Assembly (NCBI RefSeq): GCF_004010195.1
Contig: NC_057718.1
Coordinates: 3,570,203-3,634,202, forward strand
Length of the DNA stretch: 64,000 nucleotides
Reading direction: 5' to 3'
From: Chiloscyllium plagiosum
Taxonomy: Eukaryota
The notes below the pieces were generated by a model. It saw only the letters and a program-made list of their open reading frames with translations. It had not been told where the DNA came from and did not search any database. Position numbers and translations under genes: made by a program. Positions 1-10,825 of the stretch are shown here, piece after piece. Numbering within the stretch: position 1 is the stretch's first letter; the number at the start of each line of letters is the position of its first letter.

Positions 1-1410
1 CCTCATCCACATGCTTGGTTACCTCCTCAAAGAATTCAATCAGACTTGTAAGGCAAGACCTACCCTTCACCAATCCGTGCTGGCTGTCTCTAATCAAGCA
101 GTGCCTTTCAGATACTCATAAATCCTATCCTTCAGTACCCTTTCCATTACTTTACCTACCACCGAAGTAAGACTAACTGGCCTGTAATTCCCGGGGTTAT
201 CCCTATTCCCTTTTTTGAACAGGGGCACAACATTCACCACTCTCCAGTCCCCTGGTACCACCCCCATTGACAGTGAAGATGAAAAGATCATTGCCAACGG
301 GTACTGCAATTTCCTCTCTTGCTTCCCACATAATCCTAGGATATATCCCATCAGGTCCGGGGGACTTGTCTATCCTCAAGTTGTTCAAAATGTCCAACAC
401 ATCTTCCTTCCTCTAGCTTACCAGTCCGTTTCACACTCTCCTCTTCAACAATACGGTTCCTCTCATTCGTAAATACTGAAGAAAAGTACTCATTCAAGAC
501 CTCTCCTATCTCTTCCGACTCAATACACAGTCTCCCACTACTGTCCTTGATTGGACCTACCCTCGTTCTCGTCATTCTCATGTTTCTCACATACGCATAA
601 AATGCCTTTGGGTTATCCTTGATCCTGTCCGTCAGAGATTTTTCATGCCCTCTCTTGGCTCTCCTAATTCCTTTCTTCAGGTCCCTTCTGGCTATCCTGT
701 ATCCCTCCACTGCTCTGTCTGAACCCTGTTTCCTCAACCTTATGTAAGCCTCCTTCTTCCTCTTTAAACGACATTCAACCTCCCTCGTCAACCAAGGTTC
801 CCTCACACGACCATTTCTTTCCTGCCTGACCAGTACACTTGTCCCGGTTCATTACCGAGTACCACATCCAATATGGCCTCCCCTCTGGTTGGACAATCTA
901 CATACTGTGTTAGAAAAGCTTCCTGGACACACTGCGCAAACACCGCCCCGTCCAATCTACTTGATCTAAAGAGCTTCCAATGAATATTTGGGAAGTTGAA
1001 ATCGCCCATGACTACTACCCTGTGCCTTCTGCACCTTTCCAAAGTCTGTTTCCCAATCTGTTTCTCCGCATCTCTGCTGCTATTGGGGGGCCTATAGTAA
1101 ACACCCAACAATGTGACTGCTCCTTTCCTATTTCTGACTTCAGCCCATACTACCTCTAAAGGCAGATCCCCCTCGAACTGCCTTTCTGCAGCCTTTATAC
1201 CATTCTAATTAGCAACGCCACCCCCCCTCCTTTTTTACCACCCTCCCTAATCCTACTGAAACATCTGTAACCAGGAACCTCCAACAACCATTCCTGTCCC
1301 TCTTCTATCCACGTTTCCGTGATGGCCACAACATCGTAGTCCCAGGTACCCATCCACGCCTTAAGTTCACCGACCTTATTTCTGATACTCCTTGCGTTGA
1401 AGAACACACC
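1..1410 (-). mobile_element. CR1-type LINE, 5' part of ORF2 (APE endonuclease and linker), frameshifted; runs off the window start
   Basis: Minus ORFs 1195-1413 (FFNARSIRNK..VVAITETW), 803-1111 (GVYYRPPN..VVMGDFNFPNIHW), 351-806 and 94-351 (PLFKKG..NYRPVSLTS) are CR1 ORF2 motifs. Confidence 0.92.
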
Positions 1411-1422
1411 CACTCAAATATC

Positions 1423-1605
1423 AATCACTTACCTTCCCGACCAGCTCTGCACTCCAACCTCACTTCCGCCCAGCTCGCGCCGCTCTCTGCTGAGAAAAGA
1501 CCGTTGGCGTCCAGGTAAGTTCTTTTTATATCACTTACCTTCCCGACCAGTTCTGCGCTCCAACCTCACTTCCGCCCAGCTTGCGCCGTTCTCTGCTGAG
1601 AAAAG
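1423..1605. repeat. Two-copy direct repeat (~77 bp core, 107 bp period) at the 5' end of the CR1
   Basis: atcacttaccttcccgaccag..ctccaacctcacttccgcccagct..ctctgctgagaaaag at ~1423 and ~1530. Confidence 0.85.
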
Positions 1606-1732
1606 GATGTGTATCTAACAGTTTGTGTACGTGAGAGTGTATGTGTTGGTGTTTATGGTGTGTGTTGTATATGTGAGTTGTGGTGTGTTTTGGTGTCTGC
1701 GTGCTATGATGTGTGTGTCTGCATGTGTGTTG

Positions 1733-2085
1733 GGCAGGATGGTGGCTCAGTGGATAGCATTGCTACCTCACAGCGTTAGGGACCCAGGTTTCCATTCCAC
1801 CCTTGGTCGACTGTTTGTGTAGACTTTGTACATTTTCCCCATTTCTGCATGGGTTTCCTCTGTGTTCTCCGGTTTCCTTGCACAGTCTAAAGATGTGCAG
1901 ATTAGGTGGGTTGGCCTTGCTAAATTGCCCATCATGTCCAGGGATGTTCTGGCTAGGGTGAATCAGCTGTGGAAATGCAGGGTCACAGGGATCGGTTTGG
2001 AAGACAGGTTTTGGTGGGATGCTCTTCAGAGGGTCAATGTGGACTTGATGGGCCAAATGGCCTGCTTCCACACTGTAGTGATCCT
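1733..2085 (+). mobile_element. tRNA-derived HE1/V-SINE-like element inside TG-rich low-complexity DNA
   Basis: tRNA-like head ggtggctcagtgg..gggacccaggtt, central tgcatgggtttcctc..ctccggtttcct..aaagatgtgcag, CR1-like tail. Confidence 0.85.
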
Positions 2086-2255
2086 ATGATTGTGTGTGTG
2101 TGTGTCTGAGAGTTTGTGTGTTTCTGTGTATGTATGCATGTGTTTACACAAGCACATTTGTGTGTTTTGAGTGTATGTATGTCTGTATGAATCTGTCTTT
2201 CTGTGTGTGTATGCATCTGTGAGATAGAGTATGTGTATGTGTGTGCATTTATGTG

Positions 2256-2308
2256 GGGTGGGGGGGAATACAGGCTGGTTTTTGGCATGAAACTAATGGT
2301 GGAACTCA
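2256..2308 (+). pseudogene. Decayed TCR (alpha-like) J segment
   Basis: Reads GGEYRLVFG--MKLMVEL then A|gtaaat (phase 1 donor at 2309). FGxG has lost two codons and the RSS is overrun by the TG microsatellite. Confidence 0.55.
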
Positions 2309-2482
2309 GTAAATGTTGTACTTTGAGACAATAGTGTCACAAATCTGATCGGAGCAAATTCAAATCTTTTCAAGAACAGTGCAGAAAATCTGAGAATTAA
2401 ATTGCTCACTGATTTGCCATCACTGAAAGGACAATGAAAATAGACTGATAGCAGGAGTGCATTGGAAATCAGGACATCTCTC

Positions 2483-2510
2483 AGTTCTTCTCAAGGGCTG
2501 TGTTACTGTG
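2483..2510 (+). promoter_or_regulatory. 12-spacer recombination signal sequence (J side)
   Basis: Nonamer-like agttcttct (2483-2491, 6/9 to GGTTTTTGT), 12-nt spacer, heptamer tactgtg (2504-2510). Confidence 0.6.
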
Positions 2511-2573
2511 TGCATTGGGGGGGCTATGAAATAATTATATTTGGAAGAGGCATCAAACTCATTGCTGACCCTG
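2511..2573 (+). other. TCR J gene segment (TRAJ-like), open frame
   Basis: 63 nt, HWGGYEIIIFGRGIKLIADP with FGxG motif, phase 1 donor G|gtaag at 2574, 12-RSS upstream. Confidence 0.8.
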
Positions 2574-2645
2574 GTAAGAGCACAAGCTATGACAAAGGAC
2601 CAGGTATGAAGTTACTGGCAATTGATAAATATTGGTCAAATACTG

Positions 2646-2964
2646 ATTAGATTAGATTCCCGACGGTATGGCAACAAGCCTTTTGACACAACAAGTCTAC
2701 ACCAACCCTCTGGAGAGTAACTCACCCCTACCCTATATTTACCCTGATTAATGCACCTACCACGATGGGCAATTCAGTATAGACAATTCACATGACCTGC
2801 ACAAATTTGGATTGTGGGAGGAAACCGGAGTACCTAGAGGGAACCCACGCAGACACAGGGAGAATGTGCAAACTTCACACAGACAGTCAGCTGAGGCAAC
2901 AATTGAACCCAGGTCCCTGGTGCTGTGAGGCTGCAATGCGAGCCACTGAGTCACCATGCCACCC
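2646..2964 (-). mobile_element. HE1/V-SINE-like element
   Basis: Reverse complement of the SINE body with a (tctaa)n tail seen as gattagattagattc. Confidence 0.85.
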
Positions 2965-3679
2965 ATCATGTATAACGTTAATTGGACAATTAAAAACCTA
3001 ATGCTTTCAACCTTATTTCCTTTAGTCAGAGAGAATGTGTTTGATGATGCATGAAATCAGTTAAAGACCAAAAAAACACATCAAGACCAATTATGATCAT
3101 AACTTTTTTACAAACATCCTGAATGTTACCTTGGGCTTGATCAAAATCATATTAATCTCACTGATGATTGTAAAACCAGAGGATACAGTCAGCAGTGATT
3201 GAGGTTAGTTACAAGATAGTAAAACAGACACACTGAATTTGAAAGAAACAATGTCCTGAGGTCTGATTGAGGAACAGGAACCAAATGAGAGAGAATTCTA
3301 AGGACTCATGTTTTGCCTCCCCCTTGTCTAACAGCCCAGAATGATAGATTCTGCACTCCCTAAGCCAAGTACATAATTCCCAAATCAAAATCCAGTAGGG
3401 TTGGAGAGACAGTAACACACTCAGGGCTACTGGGGAAACCTTCTGAGAGTCCTAATGGGCTGTTGTAGAAATTATCATCTTTCAGCATATTTTTCAATAT
3501 TTCTCATATAGTAAACAAGTAACAACAAAATATTACCAAACATTTCACTGATTATTTAAGCTACGCTATAAAGATAGTTTTACAATCAATACGGGAGGTA
3601 CAATGAATCAAATCAAATCACAGATCAGTGCAAAATTATGCTGAATTGGCTCTTTCAAAGGGTTCACTAAACATGTGTG

Positions 3680-3740
3680 AATTCTGGGAGCAGCTGCAGA
3701 CTTCCATATGGTAAAAGAATGAAGGCGACTGTGAAGCTAA
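3680..3740 (+). pseudogene. Decayed TRAJ-like segment
   Basis: NSGSSCRLPYGKRMKATVKL resembles NSG..KLxFGKGTKLTVKP. Donor mutated (A|ataggt), RSS degenerate. Confidence 0.5.
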
Positions 3741-3902
3741 ATAGGTATTCACTATTAACCATTGGCTTGAGAGTGTGGTGCTGGAAAAGCACTGCAAGAC
3801 ATGCAGCATCCGAGGAGCAGGAGAATCAACATCTCAGGCACAAGTCCTTCATCAGCAATTAACCACAGACTGCCTATTTACTCGACACATTCAACTGCCC
3901 TG

Positions 3903-3971
3903 GGGTTTTGTTAGTCTGTTTCGACTGTGAGGAACATGGACAACAAAGCCCAAAGCTAATGAAAGAACCCA
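3903..3971 (+). pseudogene. Decayed TRAJ-like segment with RSS, internally deleted
   Basis: gggttttgt (3903-3911), 11-nt spacer, gactgtg (3923-3929), then 42 nt ending PKLMKEP A|gtaagt. FGxG core missing. Confidence 0.6.
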
Positions 3972-4568
3972 GTAAGTGTGATACTTCACAAAGATTAATG
4001 TCACAAACCTGATCAATAGAAATTAATGTGCTCCAGTGGCATCACACAGGAAAAGTAGCTAATAACTTACTAGTCTATCTTTGCATGATTGAGATGGCGG
4101 TGAGGATAAAGGGAAGTGGACAGCAGTGGCGCTTGAGGAGCCAGTATTGAATTGCATTAGCTTTATTGTCACAATCTTCATTGTCACCACTCTCTGGATG
4201 AAGCCATTCCTTCTCAAAGGGCCATTCAAGATGGACAACAAGTGCTGGCCCAGCCAGTGATGGTCACGTCCCAAGAATGAATGAAACAAGATCAGACAGA
4301 GACAGGAGAATGTTAAATATAATGCTGAGAACAAACAAGAGGGAGAAGTAGAAAGACAGAGAGACAATAAAGAGTTTGAGATTGAGGAACTGGTCCAAGA
4401 GGAGAAATAGTTTATTCTATCTCTGAGTAAAACAAGAGAAGGTAACTGTTCTTTTTCCATATCAAGCTCTCTGCTATCTCTCTACCAGAGGAATTTAACA
4501 CATTGTCCTCTTCAATAAATGTGGAAGTGTTTGTTGTGTCAAATTATTGTAAGATAAACAAGACTTAC

Positions 4569-4913
4569 CCATTTCAGTCAGCTGAGTTCCATTCCCAATG
4601 ATATCCTCCAATACGTTACAGTAATTAAGCATAGTCACACTGGGCTGTAGCTTTGTGATGGTCAGAATGAAGCTGTTATTGGAGGGGTCTCTGGAAGATT
4701 GGAATCACTCAGTGAATCCTGCACTCCATTGTGTGATGTTCCTCACGTCATGTGTTGAAACCCACTCCATGTTATTCCCTGGTTGCTCCCTGTTCCAGTA
4801 AACATCGATGTGTGTTACTGTGGTGTTCCTCATGGTGCACTGTAACTGGGCAGCGTCACTCTCAGTGACACGTTCCAGGATTGGAGACTGGAGATGAGCT
4901 GTGGGATTTACAC
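4569..4913 (-). pseudogene. Germline-joined VJ IgSF exon A4, one in-frame stop
   Basis: ttgaaag|GVNPTAHLQSP..QCTMRN..VYWNREQPG..GFTE*FQSSRDPSNNSFILTITKLQPSVTMLNYCNVLEDIIGNGTQLTEM G|gtaagt. 345 nt, phase 1-1, TGA at 4705-4707. Confidence 0.88.
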
Positions 4914-5499
4914 CTTTCAAAGAAAAGGTCTGAATAAATTAAAACTTGTTTGAAATTTCTGATGTCCTCTGAATCATATTTAAGTAGAAAGGACAGATTG
5001 TAAGAGTGTAACAGTGGGATTAATTATTCAATAAAGCGAGATATTTTAAAGCGAATTCACGAAAACAAAGAATAAATCATTAATAAATGTTTCTACATGA
5101 ATTCAAAAGTAAAACCAGTGAATCTTGGAAATGGTGCAAACTTCCCTTGTCCACCTGAAATTGAAACTCCAGTGTGACCAATACATTGATTTCCAGATGA
5201 ACACTGTGAAGGGATGGTGCTGGTAATTTTATTGTTTCCATGTGTTTTGAACTTTTATTGAATTGGATTACACAGAAATAACTTGCTTTATTTTATTTTA
5301 TCTTAATATCTGCCGTGTAATACATTTCTGTTTCTTTTTAAAAACAAAGCTGCAGCCTTGCCTGCTTATGGTGCATTGAAAGACCACCTCATTAATTAAA
5401 ATAATGAAACTTGGATGCATCAAGCTGGATCTATCAATCAAATGAAACCAAACAGGACATTTGTAGAATTGGCAAGGGAGAAAGCAAGAGTCGGGGATT

Positions 5500-6420
5500 T
5501 TAATCACTCAGTGACAGAAAATAAATGTGAATGTAAGGGAAATTACAATCATAGAAGATTAATGCATTTCACATGATCACATCTGGAGTGAGGCACAGCC
5601 CTAGTGAAGACACATCTCTGGGAATTCAATGCTTTCACTTGCTGTTTGGGTGATAGTTTGTCAGGTGTTGTTTGACGGGATAAATTGAAGTCCGGATCAG
5701 GGACTTAACATAAAATAAAGAGTGATGCCACATGAAAACCTGAGGTTCATTGGTTGGTAATATCAGCAGATGTGTATTCACTAGGGCTGTACCTCACTCC
5801 AGATGTGATCGCTCCTTCCTGATCATGTGAGGTTGCAGTGGGAAGCGTAAAACACATTCTGACAGAATTATTCTATTTTGGTGAATGACCTGGTATGTTC
5901 AAGAATATTAGCTTCACCATGTGTCATGAAACAACTAGTAGAGATGAAATAAACTGAAATGTGATACAAGGAATACCCTGAATTTTATCCTCATTGTTTT
6001 GTGACTAGATCTCAGGTTCATAGATTTAGAACCATAGAATAATAGTCCATGTTGATTTGAAATTTCAGTTCTCAGAATTAATTTTCAGAGGTTTAATTAA
6101 ATAGAATGAAGGTGAACAAAATGAGGCTGATAGGTTCAGAATATCTTCTTTAGCAGAAATGCAACAAATGGATTCTGAATTCAGAGAGTTTTATCAAACA
6201 GCCTCCTCAGAAATAGAATCAGAAATCCCTGAGTGCTATTAATTGAAATACAAAGTACTAATGAGGAAATAGTGTTTAGTCCAAGTACCAGGCGATGGGG
6301 AATGGACAGAGATCCATTCGGGTGGTCACTCCACCCGAGTTCCAGAATGAAATTTCACAAATTGGTTAATCAAATCCCAATGGTATGATTTCTAGGGATT
6401 ACAAAAATGCAGGGAATTCA
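5500..6420 (+). mobile_element. Highly decayed Gmr1/Gypsy-type protease-integrase fragment (duplicated at ~8380-9480)
   Basis: IPECY.LK..VLMRK and EWTEIH-like remnants match the element at 47.3-48.1 kb. Confidence 0.6.
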
Positions 6421-6502
6421 ACAAAATAACAAACTGATTTCCAATTCATTCACTGAGCAAGAAGTTATAGTCCGAGGAGATTGTTATGAAAACTATATAT
6501 AC

Positions 6503-6811
6503 TCGTGACATTGAGCTGGCTTCCTCTCCCACAGATCTTTCCCCGCACTGAGCAGTAATAAACCCCAGTGTCAGTGGGCTACATGTTTGTGATAGTCAGA
6601 ATGAAGCTGTTATTGCAGGGGTGTCTGTAAGACTGGAATCGCTCAGTGAAACCTGGGCTCCATTGTGTTAAAATTTGCATCTTATGGCACCATGGTTTTT
6701 GATGGTGCCATTTAACTATGGTGTTCCTCATGGTGCACTGTAACCAGGCAGTGTGACCCTTGGTGACACATTCCAGGCTTGGAGACTGGAGAAGAACTGG
6801 GGGATTTGCAC
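6503..6811 (-). pseudogene. Germline-joined VJ exon A3, internal deletions and stop
   Basis: ctgaaag|GANPPVLLQSPSLECVTKGHTAWLQCTMRN..WHHQKP..GFTERFQ..NNSFILTITNM*PTDTGVYYCSVRGKICGRGSQLNVT A|gtatat. Confidence 0.88.
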
Positions 6812-8379
6812 CTTTCAGGAAGAAAATATCCAGAATTTCAGAATCAATTTTCCAGCTTACAATGTGCTGCCAGTTGTTCAAAGAGACAGTTCAAGTGGAA
6901 CATATTCTGTATTAAACAGGGAACTGGTTTAAGATTGAATCAGTGGATTTGAAGCAGATCAAATAAACCAAGTTTGAGTAATTAAATATCTTTAATGACT
7001 AATAATGTAAAGATTGAACGAGGAACAGTGGGGTCAGAGTGAAGAGTTCATTGAACCAGTCTCTATACAATCCTCCCAGTGCCATGGACAGAGTGCCTTA
7101 CTGAGTGTAACTCACTCTCCCGCCAGTATTCTGCTTTCGGGACTGGTGTGAATGATGATCAATGTTACCATGGGAACCCTAGCTATATCAGGGGCTTGTG
7201 AAGTTTATTGAAAAATACATGACAATGGATTCAATGTTAAGGGGAATAGATAGGTGTTGGTACACCCACAGGAAGGAACCCAATGATGATGCTATCTGTC
7301 TGGTCCAACTATCAATGAAGTTATCGAGTGACCAGAGAGCGCTCTGAAAGGGGTGAGATTAAACAGTCAACAGTCCACTCCAGATATATCCCAATGACAG
7401 AAGCAGAAAGAGGACTCTACTCAAGCAGTCAGTGTTTAGGAAGCTAGGAAAGGAACCAACATTTTCTCCCATTGCCACAGACAGGTGAGTAGATCAACAG
7501 AAGGCTCGAGCAGATGGCTGGGTGATTGGAGAAATGGCGCAGGAGGGAGGAGGATGTGAAATTCCTGCAACAGTGATCCAGGGGATTCATGAGAAGGTGA
7601 CCACTGGAAAGGACAGAAGGTTTGCACCTAACTAGAGCCGGTCTTTGTGAGCTGGTGCCTGAGTGATATTGGTGGGGGCTGGGGATAAATTAACTTGGCA
7701 GGGGTCTGCGCACCAGAAGGAAATGTCAGAAGAAGTGTCAAGATTCACTGACACAGCCAGTTCGAAAGTATAAAGTCATAAGCGATTGGGTGGTTTCAGA
7801 GTAATGTTACAATATCTAAATTAATGCTAATGTCCAAATGGAATACTTAAAACAAGAAAGTTTCAGCTCATTTATCTGAAATGTCAATTCTTCTGCTCCT
7901 TAGATGATGCCTGACCTGCTGCGCTTTTCCAGCACCATACTTTTGACTCTGATCTCCAGCATCTGCAGTCCTCACTTTCTCCTGCAGCTCATTTGTGTGA
8001 ATAATCAAGGAATACCCACGAAGAGGCTCAAGCCTCTGAAACCAAAGAGTTACGTCAAATGACGCAATGGAAGAGGATATTCCCTGGGAGGTGAGTATTG
8101 CAAAGTGATGGTGTTCAAATAAATGGGATTTTATTGTTTCCATGTGCATTCAAATTTCATTGAATTAGTTTATATATAAATAGTTTGGTTTATTCTATTT
8201 TATTTTAATCTCTTATGTATAATAAACTTCTGCTTCATTGTGAACACTAAATCTTCAGCCTTGTGTTTTTGTTACAGTGAAAGACCACCTCATTAAATAA
8301 AAATAATGATATCTGATCCATCAAGCTGGATCTAACAATTGAAAATTGATAGGGCAGTACAGAGACAACATGATCCTTT

Positions 8380-9480
8380 GAAAGCACAATTTGAGGGAGA
8401 GGAACCTCAGGACATTCCCGAGAATTTGTCTTTGGATCTTAAAAAGGAAAGTGAGACCACTGGAGGGTCTGAGTGTTGTATCTCTAAGGGGAGTATTTCT
8501 GCTTCAAAGCAAGGAGATAAACAAACAAATATCTTGAAAGGCTTTTGGGTATCTCAGTCACTGATGCTGCCTTATGGTATTGTTTGTCTCCCAGAGAAGT
8601 TAATGAAGGAGAAAGTTGTATATGGAGGCATTCATAGAGATTACAAACCAGTCTAATCACACAGAAGTGGATTCTCAAGTGAGTTGGTCAATGGAGATGT
8701 TGTTGTAAGAGGAGTGTAATACATTTCTCTTGGAAGAATCAATAATACTTTGGGGAACGATCAAGCAGGTTATAGAATATTAACCTCACTGAGGGGACTG
8801 GAAAAAAAACAGTGAAAATGAAAAATGCAAAAATGTTACAAGGGGAACATCCTGTGTTGTGACTCAATCTCAGATTTACAGATTAGACCCATGGAAGAAA
8901 ACAATCCATAAAACAAAGAGGTGATTTGGAATTTCAGTTATCAAATTTGATTTCCAAAATTGTAACTGAAAGGAGAATTCAGCTGATACTTTTCATAAAA
9001 TATTCTTCAGCAGAAATACAACAACTGGATCTCAACTGAGAGAGTTTTATCCAATAGCCTCATCAGAAATTGAATCAGAAACAATCCTTGAGTGTTTTTA
9101 CTTGAAAGAAAAAGTATTAACAAGGAATTAGATTCTGCCCAAATACCAGGTGATGAGGAATGGACCATGGTGCATCAGGTAGTCACTCCATCTGAGAACC
9201 TGAATGAGATCTCACACATTGGCTCATGAAATTCCAATGGCAGGTCATTAATGGATGAGAAAAACACGGTATAATATATTAAAACATTTATATAGGTCAG
9301 GATTATATAAACATGTTAAATTTTACCAGACAAGCTGGTCTAAGTCAGGACTTGCGGAATCACACCCTCAATTAAAGATTCACCTTTAATTCTGATCGCA
9401 GCTTTTGAAGAACCATTTAGCAGGGTCTTAATAGATTGTGTAGGAGCCCTACCTAAACCCAGGAATGACAACCAATGGGT
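8380..9480 (+). mobile_element. Decayed Gmr1/Gypsy-type protease-integrase fragment
   Basis: ILGNDQAG, LECFYLKEKVL, HEIPMAGH and FEEPFSRVLIDCVGALPK remnants. Confidence 0.7.
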
Positions 9481-9752
9481 CAATGCAATGGTTCAAGAAG
9501 GCAGCTCAGCACCACCTTCTCAATGGCAATTAAAGATGGGCAATAAATGCTGGCCCAGCCAGTGACACCCACATCTCACAAAACAATTAAATAAATTGCT
9601 GCACCTGCGCTCAGCTTCCTCCCCACAGTGAATCCATCCCCAAGATCACTCTCCATCACCTCCTCAATCTTCTTGATCATAAACCGATCTCCCATTCATT
9701 CATCGGGCAGGAGTTTATTGCAGGAGAAGATTGTCATGTCAATGGTACTCAC

Positions 9753-10093
9753 TCTTTACAATGATCCAGCTTCCTCACCCATTGATACTACCCCGCACAT
9801 AGCAGTAATAGACCCCAGTGTCACTGGGTGGAATGTTTGTGATGGTCAGAATGAAGTTGTTACTGGAGGAGTCTCTGGAAGGCTGGAATCATTCAGTAAA
9901 TCCTGGGCCCCATTGTGTGGAGCCATTTTCATCATGTGTTAAAATTCACACAGTGTGAATCCCTGGTTTTTGTCGGTGCCACTTAATGGTGTGTGTCACT
10001 GCTGCATTCCTCATGGTGCATTGTGACCAGGCAGTGTGATCCTTGGTGACATGTTTGGGGTTGGAGACTGGAGAAGGACAACAGGATTGGCAC
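9753..10093 (-). pseudogene. Germline-joined VJ exon A2, frameshift and stops
   Basis: ctcaag|GANPVVLLQSP/..QCTMRNAAVTHTIKWHRQKPG..GFTE*FQPSRDSSSNNFILTITNIPPSDTGVYYCYVRGSING*GSWIIVK A|gtgagt. Confidence 0.88.
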
Positions 10094-10825
10094 CTTGAGG
10101 AGAAAAGGTCAAGTGTTTAAGAATCAATTCTCTGGGTTACAATTTGCTGCCAGTTGTTCAAACGGACAGTTCAGGTGGAACATGTTCTGTACTAAAAAGG
10201 GAACTCGTTTAAGATTCAACCAATAGAATTAGAGCAGATAAAACAAAATATATTTAATTGATGAAACAACTGTAACAACTATTTCTGTCAACAATTAAAG
10301 ACCCTGAGACCGTAAGAAATAGGAACAGGAGGAGGCCACTCTGCCCCACAAGCCTGCTGTGTCATCTAATAGGATCCTGACAGATCGACATTCCTCACGA
10401 CCACTTTCCTGTGATTTCCCTGTAATGCTGTTTCCCTGACTAACCTAGAATCTCTCTGTCTCAGACTTCAATATACACAAAGATACTGCCCACCCACAGC
10501 TTTCTGCAGCAATGAGTTATAAAGATTCACAACGCACTGACAGAAGAAATTCCTCGACACCTCAGTTTTAAGTTGGTGCATTGTAATTCTGAGACTGTGT
10601 CCTCTGGACTTAGACTCTCCCGTGAGGGAAATCATCCTTTCAGCATTGACCCTGTCAAGCCCCTTAAGAATCTGATATCTTTCAATGAGATCACCTGTCA
10701 TTCTTCGAAATGCCAGTGAGGAGAGACCCAACTTATATTTTTATTCACTTGAGGAACGTGGGTGTCTCTGAAAGGACATTTATTGCCCGTCATGAGTTGC
10801 CCTTTAGAAGGTGGTAGTGAGGTTA

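Noticed and set aside
2462-2650. ORF reading GLCYCVHWGG..FGRG as the end of another joined VJ exon
   Set aside because: The YC codons are the RSS heptamer (tactgtg), a nonamer-like motif lies 12 nt upstream and no V framework precedes it, so it is better explained as a J segment
3125-3180. Possible fifth J remnant (IKII..LMIVKP)
   Set aside because: No FGxG, donor or RSS; too decayed to support
5870-5900. FG-containing stretch with a gtatgt donor
   Set aside because: Part of the decayed LTR-element protease region (xLGNDLAG motif)
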